A DNA stretch of 62,104 nt, the filler included, from Basidioascus undulatus (lineage: Eukaryota), in NCBI GenBank assembly GCA_000826855.1. It is 3 parts of 3 records of this genome, joined end to end, with 100 filler letters (N's around TTAATTAATTAA, not from the genome) between each part and the next. Parts side by side here need not be neighbours in the genome. Positions count along the whole stretch, not along the records: positions 1 to 20,655 come from JTLS01000363.1; positions 20,756 to 41,385 come from JTLS01000364.1; 1 more part is not named here. The stretch is one strand, 5' to 3'. Within the stretch, counting starts at the first letter, position 1. Every line of letters begins with the position of its first letter. Positions 10,199 to 23,210 of this stretch are shown here, one piece after another. Position numbers and translations under genes: made by a program. The notes under the pieces are model-generated. The model made no database searches, was not told the origin of the DNA, and saw only the letters and a list, made by a program, of their open reading frames with translations.

Positions 10199-12615
10199 CT
10201 ACTTTGCCTGCTTTCCCAGCAGGCCGTCCAACACCTCGATCATCTCCGGCTTGAGCTCTTCTACCGTCCTGGCTCCGAGAAGTCGCATTCCGGTCTCGAT
10301 CTCCTCCCTCATAACTGCGAATGCCGTCAGCAAGCTGTGGCCAAGTCTACAGATGGAAGACGTACTGGTGCAGGCTCGGACAACGCCTTCCTCGCCGTAA
10401 GTGCTCTGCAGAGTTTTGTGTGAGTGAGCATTGTTATACTTCTAACCGGTAAGGTAAGAGCTGCGCACATGGGCGTAGAGGAAAGTGCGGCCTAGACCGA
10501 CTCCTCGAGCGCCGAGGCAGAGGGCTTTCAGGACATCGGTGCCTCTGCGAACGCCGCCGTCCACGTAGATCTCGAACTTGGGATCGTTCGCGACTTCAGG
10601 GTCTGTGGTTAGTAGAAATTATATTAGTTAATTTTAATTTAGTCTAGATGTGAAAGAAGACTGACATTGCTCCCGGATGTGCAGGAGCGTGGCGACGGGA
10701 GGCGGCGCAAAGTCCAGCTGACGACCGCCGTGGCTGGCAGGCCATAATTTGATTAATCGATCGTTGCTCCTAGGATGAACAATTAACGATGCACTTTGAG
10801 AGGATAACACCATCGGCCCCATGCTCGTAGGCGAGGCGAGCATCCGCGGCGGAACCTGCCCAAAATGCAGTCGTGTCAGTTCCCACTGCGGTGAAGCAAC
10901 TGCAGCCAAACTCGGCGCACCAATGCCCTTGATCAGCAGGGGCACACCGGAAGCTAGACTTCTAATCCACCGGATGTCGTCCCACTTCAGGTCCGCTGCG
11001 TATTCGAGCAGAGGTCAGTGCTCCGCTCCGCCCGCAAAACCCTCCAGGCAGGCGTACCGTCGAAGAGCCGGACTAGCTTGTCTTTCGGTTTGCTGCCATC
11101 GACCGGCTTCGCATGGACACCCTTGTCACTCTCCCTGTTCCCGATCGTCGGGGCGTCCACTGTAAAGCAGATAGCCTCCGCACCGCCTCTGCGTTATGCG
11201 CGTCAGCAAGCTGCCCCGAATGAGTCACATCTCGATCGACTTACTCTACGGCAGCCCGAATGCGCTTTTCCGTTTCCGTCCGGTCGGAGCGCACGTAGAG
11301 CTGAAACCAGACTCTGGCGCGCTCTCCTCCTCCCTCCACGAAGCGATCGCGTTCCTCGTAGAGGTCCTCGAGGCTCGCACTCGAGCCACTGGAGACGCAG
11401 AACGGGATGCCTGCGCGTGCGGCGCCTCGGAGGAGGTTGAACTCGCCGCCCGGGTGCCCGATGCGCGCCAGTCCGGTGGGAGAGATGTAAATCGGGAGAC
11501 TGGACGGTTGTGAGAGGAAGCGCGTCGAAGCGTCGACGACAGAGACAGGGACGAGAACGCGAGGCAGGAAACGAAGAAAAGACCAAGAGGCTCTGTTAGC
11601 GGCGAAACCTGAGCAAGTAGACGTGTTGCGTCAGCCCAAGTGAGGTTCTTCATAAGTACCCCAGAAAGACAAAGACATACTCGCGCCGTCGTCCGCGTAG
11701 GAACTGAAGAAGCCCCACGGTTTGCCATCCTCGCCGAAGAGCTGCTTCGCCAGACGCTCGAAATGCTCTAAGTTGATGACGGCAGACACCGGCGGAAGCT
11801 TCGCTCGCGCCCGCTCGTACTCCGCCTCGTTCTCGTCGCCAAATGCAGCTTCGATCGGGGTAGCCGGATCCAGTCGGCCTGCAGTGACGGCGCAGTCAGA
11901 TGCGGCATCAGGTGGGCAGGACTGTATGATCACTTACCAATGCGAGCTTCGGGGGGAAGAGTGTGCGTCAAAGTGTGAGGGGGGTGGATAGAGTTGAATA
12001 GAGCCCTGTTTGAGAATTTGTCAGGCCAGAAGATGGACACTGCTTGTGCAACGTGCGAACGTGATGTCTTTGCCGGCATGCTCGAGGATGACTTCCGCTC
12101 CGGCCGGCTGCGTAGAAACATCAGGACTCCGTGACTCTGCAACACGTTATAAAATAACTCACATGGGCGTCCAGAAACTCAGTGACACTGAAAACCACGC
12201 TGTCAGCGCTTCACTCGGCTTCTGCGAAGAAGATGCGACGCACTCCCATACGTTCCCTTCGACGACGACCCAGACCGAATCCCGCGAAACGTGGTTAAGA
12301 ACCTCTGCCGCTGGAATTATTCGACGCTTTGCGGATGTCGCCCGCGCTTCGTCCGAGTGAACGGGGACCGCAAGAGAAAGAGCGACCTGAACGGCAAGCA
12401 GGCTTTGAGCTACACGTGAAAACCCCGCGCTGGACAGAACGTACCACGCCTCCGACTGCCAAGAGTCCTGATCCGAGAAAGATTTGGCTCGAGGTGCCCG
12501 AACGTGAGCTGTAACTCCTATGAGAGGCTCGGAGGCCGAGAGTAGCCGGCGGTTGAAAGGTTCGAACGAGGCTCGCAGGAGCGAAGACTCGACTGAAGCG
12601 CGAGCGGGTCAACAT
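10199..12615 (-). CDS. Mitochondrial flavocytochrome b2-type FMN-dependent alpha-hydroxy acid dehydrogenase (L-lactate/mandelate) with cytochrome b5 domain
   Basis: Arg/Ser-rich presequence; b5 domain [36 protein letters not shown]; later [38 protein letters not shown] and [16 protein letters not shown]. Confidence 0.92.
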
Positions 12616-13206
12616 GAGTGGTATGGGGTGAACGGTTAGGAGAGGGCAAAATGTGCGAGCTTTGTCAACTTCCTGGAAGGTTGGTACAAGGATGAGGTAA
12701 CGAAGCAAAGGAGGAAGCGGTTAAGTCGCTCTGCCTCGGATCCTGCGGCCCGGGGACGATGAGGCGGACACGGGATCAGGTGGGAGTAAGTAAGACATGC
12801 TTGCAGTCCGGAAATGCAGACCGGCCAATCCTTGCATTTTTGACAACTTCGTGTATGTCCTGTCAGACAGCCAATGCAGCTGTCAGAAAACTACACCGTC
12901 GTGATTCGCCCTTGTTGGCCGTTATAGCTCGCAGTGGGAGAAGCCAGAGAGGAGGCATTGCCGTGAGCTGGATTGCCGTCTACAACCGCACCGACAACCA
13001 CGGTCCACGGATAACGCGTCTGGCGAGTTTCCACCTGGTTTTTCATACACGAACGCCAATGGGCTGGAGGGAGGCAGAAGGCGGTCCGGTCTCCGCAAGT
13101 CTACCGCAAGTCTCCACAACCATATGTACCTCGCACTCGTAATGGAAGCAATGAACACCACCTTCTTGAAAGAAACCTAAGCTGCTCCTTCCGAAAGCTC
13201 CGCCTT

Positions 13207-14117
13207 CTACTCCTCCTCCTTCCCCTTACCTTTCACGTTCTCAACATCCCAAGTGCCCTTGAAACTGATAACACCCTCCGTAACCCCCTCCCGAACCCCA
13301 CCAACCGACCAGTACTCCTTCCTGAGCCCAAGCCGCTCCGCGACGTCGTCCTTGAGTCGCACGAGCGTGTCCGGCGTGGGGCGGAAGTGCTTCTTCTCCG
13401 GCTGCGCCGGGTCTCTGTTGAGCTCTACTCGCCCGGCTGGGCCTCGACGTAAGGATTCAGCGGAGTCTGCGTCGCGTAGTCGATGCCCCAGCTGAGGACG
13501 TTGTCGGGGGCTGGAGAGACCGTCGACGAGCTCTTCGATGTCCATGTTGCTGTTGCTTTTTTTTTCAAAGAGTAATTAGTGCTCTGTACAGAACAGGAAG
13601 ACCGGCAAAGAGCCTGAAGACATGGACAGAAAGCATACACTACGTCGAGGTTCACCCACAGGTCCGGCACCCTGTTGCATTAGGCCCAGTCCGCGCCAGC
13701 AAGTCAACCAAGAACAGTCGCAGAACTCACCCAACAGTTTCGATCCTGATTTTGTTTAACCCCCTTTCCTCATCTTCCTCCGAGTCCTCCTCATCATCTT
13801 CCTCCTCACCCTCCCCCTCCTCCTCCCCCGCCCCCTGAACATGCCACAGGGCCCTCTTCTCCCCCGTCCACCCCCATCCAGCAACGAGAACTGCAGTCCC
13901 TCCCCACTCTCCTCCTTACGGAGCGTCTCGTACACCTCCTCGGGCGTCTTGCCGAAGAATTCCGTCCGCTTGCTGATCTCGAGCTTCACGAGGGGCACGT
14001 ACGCGTCCTGCGCGCCAAGCTTGAAGTCCGCTTGGACTTGCGCGAGCGTCTCGGCGGACTGCGGGGCGAGGAGATACGCGCTCGCGTGGGGGTGTTGCCG
14101 CGGAGGATGCGGCCCAT
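13207..14117 (-). pseudogene. Frameshifted 3-exon gene for a fungal hypothetical protein
   Basis: Joining frames gives MGRILRGNTPHASAYLLAPQ...FFGKTPEEV...ALWHVQG-(acidic)-KIRIETVG|VPDLWVNLDV|VNMDIEELV...SWGIDY...YVEAQPGE.ELNRDP...FRPTPDTLVRLKDDVAERLGL. Two GT-AG introns; four frameshifts are required (about 14090, 13873, 13508, 13426). Confidence 0.6.
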
Positions 14118-15997
14118 GATAGGCTGTGTGCGATGGAGGAAGGAGAGGGAAAGGGGTGGTCGGTCGTGAGGAGGTGAAGGCCGGGCTTAGTTATGTAGGC
14201 GGCTGTTCATTGGCAGCTACAGGTGATCGCTACGCTGTTGGTTGACGTGCATGGCCGCGGGGCTGTGTACGAGGGAGGGTACTTAGGAGCTCGAGAGTCG
14301 AAACACCGCTGAAATAAGTAGGTATTCGAGCGCAGCTGCATCGAAGGAGGGTGAGTTGAGTGAGGAAAATACTTGACAAATCGATGCAGACGCTGCGGTA
14401 CATACTATGGGACTTCGCAATGACATCGACTGCTACAAGCTGCCGTCCGGCCAAGCTGAGCATCTACATGATTGGCCCGAGCAGAAGTTCACATCGAATG
14501 AATGACCACCTCAGTATGGTTAATGTTGATATGGGCACTTACAAAACTCTAAAAAGCTGTGCCAGTGCTCGAAAAGTCAAGAAGAATAGTGAAGCCCGCT
14601 GCGCTGCTGCCGCAACTGCACCGTGCACGTCGCGTTCAGGGTAGCGACGACACTGTGACCTTCAGGTTATTCATAAAACTTGCAGAAACGACTAAGAAAA
14701 ATCTCTATAACACCTTCGGAAGGACGCACCATACCATACGGCAACAGAATGTTAGGCGTTACCGAAAGGCAAAAGGGCCTACGGGACGAAAACTGAAGCA
14801 GACCCGTAGGCGTGCGGTTCCTCACAGTTCAAATGTTTCTTTTTAAAATTTCCAGATCTTTCGGCCTATTCTTGTTATTCGTCAAGTCCCGGATCATATT
14901 CCACCACATGCCGAGTTTGAGTGCGCCCTTCAGCTCGAGCGAAGGATTGGCTCAAACACACTCTTTGACCGTGGTCTTGAGAGAGATGTGTTCGCATCGC
15001 ATATATGCCTCTTATGGACCCGCATTCGACGTTTCAAGATGGCGGGTAAAGGTACCGAAGTCGAAGCAGTCTTATCGCCATCGCTGACTCCCATCGCGCA
15101 AGAGGCGCTAGTCGAAATTTAGCGGTGTCAATCAGGTCCATCGCTGTGGCAACTACCTACACTCTGCTTAAACAATAGTTGCGATTCCAATTATGCATGT
15201 CTTTGAGATTTCCACTGATGGACGGATCACAGCGGGAGTTGTCGTTGAGATGTGCGAGGCGGCAATCGTGACACTATTTGCGATGTTCTCCTAGGCCTTG
15301 CCCCTGAGCCTGCTAACCAGGCGCCCTGCTCCGCAACGACGTACAAGGCAATTCCGACGAATCTAAAAGCCATCTTGGTAATGGAGACTTTCAAAGGTCA
15401 TGCATCGTTCCGAGCTTTTTGAAACCAATCCCCTAGGCCATGAATACGAATAAGGTGGTAAAAAAGAAACTCATTTGCTGGCCATGTAAGCAATAGAAGA
15501 CAACTAAACGTTCCATAAGCCAGGTTGGACGACTTCGTTGCGAGGGCACTGTGCACATCTCCGCTCGCGTCACTTTAATGAAAGGTTACAGACCCAGATT
15601 CGACATTCGTTCCTCAGGCTAAAACTAGCGCCCTTGTCAAAATGCTATCCACAGCCTCCTTTGCATGTAACTAACGAGTCTGTTGAAACCTACTCCAGTG
15701 CTTGGCAGTGCCGTTCTTTGCAGGGCGGGACACAGGGCTTTCGCCGACATTTCAGGCTACTCTACTACCGCCACCGCTCCCTCAACGCCTCACGGACTGC
15801 ATCGATGCTGCGATAGCGGTCCAGGATGTCGCAATCATATGCCTTCGCGAAAACGACTCGCAGGCCAGAAGGAGGGGTAAAGCCGGGAGGGGAGCACATA
15901 AAAGGCGAGGCGAATACGCCTGGACCTCATGTTCCATCCTTAGCTCTTTACTTATCAACTCAGTCGCTCGCTCCTACAGTCACTTGTGATATTGAAG

Positions 15998-18196
15998 ATG
16001 CGCTCCCTCGCTACCTTTCACGCCCTCTCGGCTGCGATCGGCTTCGTCTCGGCTCTGCCGCAGCTCTGTGAGTATCCGTCTTCCTGCATCTGGTCGGGAT
16101 GGGGTATCGAGGATCATTTTCTGACTATTCGTCCTCTTTCTGCTGCTTTAGTTTTTCCATTACAAATAACAGCCCTCCCCCCTCTCATTCCTGAGATTCC
16201 CGGCGTGACCGAGCCTCTTGCGGACCTTGCTCCCCCTCCCCATTCTCCAAGTGCCAACGCCGCCGATCGAGTCGCCGCCCCTCACGCTGTCCACGCTCCG
16301 CACGAATAAGCTTGGCTACTTCTGGACTGGCGCTGGCGACAAGAAGCACAAGGACTTCCTTGCCGTGTACTCGCTTGACGATGTGAGTGTTCCTTGTCCT
16401 GGCGTGCTGGTGCGCAGCCCGAACTGAAGAAACTGTCTCCCGCAGGACACCTTCGGCACTTTCATCACCCTCGTTGATGTGCCCTCTTCCGGAAACGAGC
16501 CTCACCACCTTGGTGCTTCGTAAGTACCCATCATCTCCGGAATGCCCTTTCTTCAGCTGATGGATGTTCCTGCAGTGCCGACGGCAAGACATTCGTCGGC
16601 GGGTAGCCTGCTGTCCCTCCCGAAGACGCAGGTATGCTTTTGCGGATTTATCCGCCCAAAAATTAGAACTTATATTTGACTCTCCCAAAGGATACTGCGT
16701 ACTACTTCGATATCAGCGACCCTTACCACCCGACCTTCAAGAAGAGCAACCGTGATCTCCTCGCGTCCATCGCCGATGAGGTTCGTGCGCTCCCCGAGGG
16801 TGATCTCCTGATCACCTTCATGGGCTGTAATTCTGCTTGCTACGTCTCCTGTGCTTTGGTGCCCCACTGACTCGACATTTTTCAGCCGCTGTCGGAACCT
16901 CCCCCGGCCGTCTCGTCGAGACTGACGCCGACTTCAACATCATGTGAGTGTCTCTGCGCTGTGTCTCCCACGGAACACTTTGGCTAAACACTCTAACAAC
17001 ACCACACCCACCCGAAGGACGTTGACGGTCTTCTGAACATCCTCGGAGAGCAGTTCTCCCCCCACAGCCTTGACATCAACTTTGACAAGAACATCATCCT
17101 CTCTTCTGACGTGCGTTCATCTTTTGAGTTTCAACGCTCGCATTGTTGCTTGACACTTTCTGCTCTCCCTTGCAGTCCGTCGTCCCGCTCTCGATCCTCA
17201 AGCTCACCCTCGGCATTCAGCGCGCCAATACTCTTCGCCTGTGGGACTGCGGCACTCGCACGATCAAGTCGACCATCACCATCCCCGGCGGCGGCGGTAT
17301 TCAGGACGTGAAGGCAAGTACCCGCTTTTATTAATGTCTTCTATCCGCGACGCCAAGCTGACCATCAGTCCTTCCTGCAGTTCATCCCCGGCCATCCCGA
17401 GGGCGCTGCCATCGCGGCTGCCGTTCACGTTGGCCAGCTCTGTATCATCTACCCCGACCGCACCCAGGAGAGCGGCAAGTCCGGCAATGCCGAGTTCCTA
17501 TTCGACCTCGGCGACAAGGCTCGTGACAGCAGGGCTATCTACTCTTGGTAAGCATCTCAAAAATACACCTCGTTGCTGCCCTCTGCATCGTCTGACAGCC
17601 GTTCTCCTGCAGGCTCTCGAAGGACGCCCCCTTCTTCTACGCTTCTATCACCGGCGGCAACCACATCGCCGCGCTCGACATCAGCACCTCAACAACATCA
17701 AGCGTCTTGACGACCCCAACGAGGACCAGGGCATCATCCGCCCGCACTTCCTCAAGCTCACTCCCGACGAGAAGGGTAAGCGAATTGCCCCGCATATCTA
17801 CATGTCGAGGACTGACACTGACTTCGTGTGACCTTGACACCGCTCGTGGTCACGGACTACTTCGTCCAGGTCAGTCAACTCACCGACAGCACTTCCCGCT
17901 CAGACGCTGACTTCCCGCCTCGTTTGCTTTCCCATACTCTAGGCCGGCGACATCTCCGTTCTCAATACCCCAGCCGACTTCAAGGTCCAGTACATCGACA
18001 TCCTCGAGGACGGCTCGCTCAACTTCAACCGCACCATCGACTTCACCCAGGAGTTCTACAACCGCGGCGGTGGTCGTCCCGTTCGTCCTGCCTCGCCCTT
18101 TCCGTTTGGTTTGGCTGCCCGCTTACCTCCTCTCCACACCAGCACTCCTCCGTCATTCTGGACCTTAACGACCCCGCCAACCCCAAGTGGAACTAG
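15998..18196 (+). pseudogene. Secreted SBP56/methanethiol-oxidase-like beta-propeller protein, pseudogene
   Basis: Signal peptide MRSLATFHALSAAIGFVSA; motifs DFLAVYSLD, SGNEPHH, TFMGSAVGTSPGRLVE, FSPHSL, TLRLWD, PHFLKLTPD, LVVTDYFVQ, RPHSS. Frameshifts at about 16235, 16601-16606 (in-frame TAG) and about 17685; acceptor AG absent at about 17001 and 17839-17840 (AC). Confidence 0.8.
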
Positions 18197-18678
18197 ACGG
18201 CGGCGTCGACTCTTCGTCAGCAAGACATTTTGCTGGTCTTCCGATACCTCGACACCCTACCGACTAACCCCAAGGAATACATTCAGCCTAAAATATATTA
18301 CAATGGTGTCGCTTTGCATACGATATGAACGGTGTGGACTGCAATGAATCTGGCAACTGAAGACTGCGCTGGTGCTCACCGACTCAGGCGGCGACTCCAT
18401 CCCGTTGCGGTGTTTTCTATTTGCTTTCGGATTCGTCTGTGTGATTGTTTAGTGACTGCCAAAGGAAGGCTGGGATCAGGCTACTCTTTGGCGCGCGCTT
18501 TTGGTGTGTCGGACAGTCAGAGACATACCGCAGGCAGGCAAGCCCATCCCCGACTCGAGCGCGGCTTGCGAGCGTGCCACTCGCAGTATAACACCCATGT
18601 CCATTTCTCGCTCTTTCCCTCTCTCTCACATTCCATTTCAACCCCCCCAGGGCAATAGTCCCGCACACCGTTATTGCC

Positions 18679-20644
18679 ATGGCCATGTCTGAGCCTTCCA
18701 AGCCATCCGGAGATGCGGCAACGAGCAGCGCACCTCTGCCCCGATTCATCCCCACTGCACCCGCTGCCCCCGAGCCCGCACCCGCCGCACCCGCCGCCCT
18801 CGCCGCGCCCGCCCCCTCGGCGCCTGCTTCCGGCAAGCTCAAAGACGCCACGACGGCAGTCAAGGTGCTGCCCGCGTCTGTCGTATGTCGTTGGTGGAAG
18901 AAGGGTGCGTAGGCTCTGCTGTGAAACCCGCTGCGGCGAGATCTGGTGCTTATCGGGGTGGACCTTCGCAGGCAACTGTCAGCGTGGGGAAGCGTGCTGG
19001 TATGCGCACGGCGATCCGGAGCCCATTTCGCCCGAGGTCGCTGCGGTGCTGCCGTCGAAGGGCAAGGGCAAGCGAAAGGCGCCTACGGAGGAGAAGGAGG
19101 ACGACATGTCGTGTGCGATCTGTCTGGAACGCCCGGAGGTATATGGGCTTCTGAGTACGTGTTTGTCTACATCTAGCACGATCGGGGTACTGCTCACATA
19201 CCGTCTCGTCTTTCAGCATGCTGCTCGCACGTCTTCTGCCTCACGGTGCGGAATCTCATGCTCAGTCAGCGGGGTACAGTGCGGCTTACCCGGGGAGGGA
19301 TGGTTCGCAGTGCATACGCAATTGGCGCGGCTCGGCCCCCGACTCGTCGTTGACGGATACTACCGACGGCGTCGTCAAGCTCTGTCCCGCGTGCCGGCAG
19401 AAGAGCTTCTTTATCATCCCCTCGAAGACGTACTACGCGGACAGCCATCCGCACAAGGCGTGCGTCCCCTCCAGCGCCGCCTGCTCGAGATGGCCATATG
19501 CTAATCACTATTGAGTGAGGACAACAGGAAGGCACTTGCGAACTACAAGAAGAGGATGAGCTACATTCCCTGCAAGTACTTCGTCAAGTCCTCCAAGGAG
19601 AGGCCGTTCTGTCCATTCGGTACGCCCTCCCACCTCCTGTTGCGGCGGAACGACGTTAACCGAAGGACCGTTGCAGGCAAGGAGTGCCACTACATGCACA
19701 AGCGCGAGGACGGCTCGATGCATCAGTTCACCGAAACTGCCGAGGAGATGATGGCTGCGCACAAGCGGCGCGTCAAGCGTCGCCGCCAGAATGCGCAGAC
19801 CGCTGCGAGGTATCGGTCAGTGATCTGCTTTCACTCGCACCCGGGTCGGCGCCGATATTGACATGAAGGAGCGGAGTCTCGTGTCATGTAGGGAGATGGC
19901 GACTCTCTTGGCGCGCGGCGGCATGCCCACTTGGGCCGATTTCGTTGGGCCAGGCGGGCTCGGTGGGGGTGTCGGGTTCGGTGGAGACGCGCTTCCTGCC
20001 GTCCTTCAACAGGCGCTCTTCGGGGGCGCTGAGCGCGAAGGTATGTCTGTCCGATCAAGCTTCCTTTGCGTCGGCATGCTTCCAACGTATCCCTACTGAG
20101 TTTAGCAGGAAGCAGTTGATATACAGGACGAACTCTTCCGCGCGTACCGCCTCGCCACCGGCCTTCCGATCGGGGGGGCGATACCCGTGCCCATCTCGCC
20201 CATCGTCCCGCCCCGATATTTATGGACGAAGACTTTTCCGACATGCCCCCGCTCGAGTACATCGCGCCCGGCGCACCTGACGACTTTGACGACATGCCCC
20301 CCCTCGAAGACATCGCTCCCCGCCGACCCGTCCCCGCTTCCTCTCGCTCTGCCGCCACGCGCGCGGCTGCCCCCAGCGCCGATCTCGACGACATCCCCCG
20401 TCTCCTGTCCGACTCCGAGTCGGACGACGACCGCGACCTCCTCCCTCCCCTAGTCAGCATCACCCTTCCACTTCTTCGGCTGCGCGCTCACGCGTTCCCG
20501 CGCCCGCGCCCGCTTCCTCCCGCGCCGCTCCCAGCAACGTACACTCTGATGACGATATCCGCCCGCTTCTCTCCGACTCCGACTCCGATTCCGATTCCCC
20601 TTCCGCCTCATCAATCCGCACCTCCACCTCGTCCTCCTCCATAT
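18679..20644 (+). CDS. Makorin-like E3 ubiquitin ligase (CCCH + C3HC4 RING + CCCH); 3' end runs into contig end
   Basis: CRWWKKGNCQRGEACWYAH; CAICLERP...CSHVFCL-CIRNWR...CPACR; FIIPS; IPCKYF...CPFGKECHYMH; acidic low-complexity tail. Confidence 0.88.
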
Positions 20645-20655
20645 AGATCGGAAGA
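20645..20655 (+). other. Residual Illumina adapter sequence at contig end
   Basis: AGATCGGAAGA lies immediately before the N linker and is identical to the start of the TruSeq adapter AGATCGGAAGAGC. Confidence 0.85.
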
Positions 20656-20755
20656 NNNNNNNNNNNNNNNNNNNNNNNNNNNNNNNNNNNNNNNNNNNNT
20701 TAATTAATTAANNNNNNNNNNNNNNNNNNNNNNNNNNNNNNNNNNNNNNNNNNNN
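20656..20755. other. Artificial contig-joining linker
   Basis: N44-TTAATTAATTAA-N44, which places stop codons in all six frames. Confidence 0.97.
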
Positions 20756-23210
20756 GTTCCTGTTTGTTGTTATCGAATTAGGTTTCATCGTTTGTAGGTA
20801 GACAAGCGGAGCCGCCACTCTTCCGGACGCTCTTCTCAATTCTGCCCGGGGGAGATACAGAAAGGTTTGACAGTCAGCCACACTTTTGGACAGCTGACAT
20901 GGAAGTGATCCAGATCAAATGCCTTCACGCCGCTGGTGTTGCGCGCGTTCAAGTCCTCCTCTTCTGAAAATAGTGATACATTGATGCTGAAAGATCGATC
21001 TGAGTGGTATTTGAGGACGTCAGTGCCCATACTGTCCATATAGTAAAGTTCGTCGCGAGAAGATTTCCGATTCAATCGTTCGTTGGGAAAGAGAAGTCCC
21101 CGCCCTCCTGCTCGCGGCTTTAGTATTCTTGAGGGACCCACAACAAGAGCTGCTGAGATACAGCCTCTGAAAGTGTGATACGAAACAGCCTACGAAGTTG
21201 TGGGCGAGCGGAGAGTGCAGCATGCAACACTGATGTACTCATTCATGCGCCAACAGAGTGCCAACAACCGCCCGCACCGACAACCGCACTGCAACAAGCC
21301 ACAAGGACTACACATTACACGAATCCCGACTTCCAAACCCGCCTTGATCCAGAACCATCTATATACGCGCTCTCAGATATGGTTTACTCACAAGTGCAAA
21401 GGCTCAGGTTGGACGCGTTCTCAGCAGGTGGGCGAGCAGAGAGCAGATGTGGTCCGATCAGGTCGGAAGACGCGCGTCCAACGACTACGAAGCGTCGCCG
21501 GGGGTGGATGTAGTCCCGATTCTGGACCGTCGCGAGGTTATGGCTGATAGATCAAGCTAAGGATGTCGAAACTGATAGAAATTGAGAGATGAGGGGAAGA
21601 AGCAAGGAGGGAGGACGCGCGAGGTCTTGGAACGCGCACCGTGTTCACCAGCATGTTTGGACGCCACGCGTCGAAGTCAGCGTCAGCCGCCAAACCTTCC
21701 TGTACCTCCCCCGGGCAGAATCGCAAAGATACTTCCGTACCGCGTCCGGCTTATGTGAGACATTCGTCACCGGGTGTAATATCAACTGAATGAAAGCAAG
21801 GCGTGCGAGCTGTGTGCTTCTAGCAGCCTCCAGCCCACGCAAAGCAAAGTATGAACGAATAATATTCGGTCTCTGCCCCTCGTCATACGGTCAGCAATGG
21901 TCGGGATGTCGCCGGTACTCACGCAGTCGGATGGAGAAAGTACTGCAGCTTGCAGTCGCGGTCTATGACAGTCCTCAAACCCTCTTCCTTTCACGCTGCT
22001 AACATGCTTCGGCTAGCCAAGGACCAACTACAGGGTATTTGAATCAGGTTCTCTTGACCATGGGAAACAGTGAGAACACAAAGTTTTCCTCAACATCAGT
22101 AGGGCGACAGATCAGAACGATGCTTCATAACCGCAACACCCCGGCAGGTCCTCTGCGCAAAGTGCACATTGCTCAGCCCGACCACCAAATATCACGGATT
22201 GAACATTCCATACAAAATTATTGTTTCCATCAGTTTGTACCCCTCGATCGCGTCGTGAAGAGGCAAAACATCTCTGCATTCGGTCAAAGCACACGCCGCT
22301 GTGGACTTCGCAGCACAGGCGCCGTACCGTCTATTATATAAAGATGTTTCACGACCTATAATCCTCGAACGTGACCCGTGGTCCTCTAGGGAGTGCGCCC
22401 TTACTAGCAGAGCAAGCCGGCCAATAAAACCTCTTCACAGCCAGTATCCTTCGAGGTAACTCGTGGTACTCTCGCACGTTCTACATGTGCTACTGCGGTA
22501 TCTCAGCTCAAGCAGCAGTTTCGCATCTCACACTTTGTAGCTTTGAATCATAACTTGCGACTCTTCCTCATGCCTGGCAACCCTAAGCAGACAAATTCAT
22601 GTTGTCAGAAGACTTGCGGAGCAGGAAAACGAAGATGTGGTTCACCTGCGGACAAACACGCCCGTCAAAGACTCTTCCAGGCATCGTTGAACTCCCTGGT
22701 TTAAGAAACTACACGCATCGATACATGTTCGCAAGTGACCAGCGCCTTTGCCGCCTTCCCCTGAGCCTCAGCTCCCCACTCATAACTCCCCCGATCTCCC
22801 CGATCTCCCTACACCCCTCTCACGTCAGTCAGTCCTTTACCTCCCTCGCCCATATGCAGGAACGTACAGGCATATCAGAGGGCACGCTCTGGGAAGTGGA
22901 GACGTAGGAGCGGGGGACGTAGGCGGCGCGCGGCCAAGAGTGCATTTCTTCATGTAATTGCTTTCGCAACTGTCGAGTTTCTAGGTCTGATATGACTTGG
23001 CATACTACGCAACGCGCTCTGTCGGAAACAGTTGTCGTTACCTCCGCTGTATCATAGGCCACAGATGCATCGCAGCGCTCAAGCGCTCGCTTGAGAAACC
23101 TTCTACACTTCGTAGCGCAAGCCAGGCAACACAATATTTTGAACGTTCAACCCGCATTCATGTCAATGTGTCGCTCTCATCGCAATGTCATACTCCCTCA
23201 TAAGCACAGT

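Noticed and set aside
17001..17840. Two introns apparently ending in AC as non-canonical or minor-spliceosome introns
   Set aside because: The donors are ordinary GT, and the gene carries several other inactivating lesions, so decay is the simpler explanation.
20700..20711. Palindromic TTAATTAATTAA (also 41430-41441) as a biological element or target-site duplication
   Set aside because: It is centred in identical N runs and is a six-frame-stop assembly linker.
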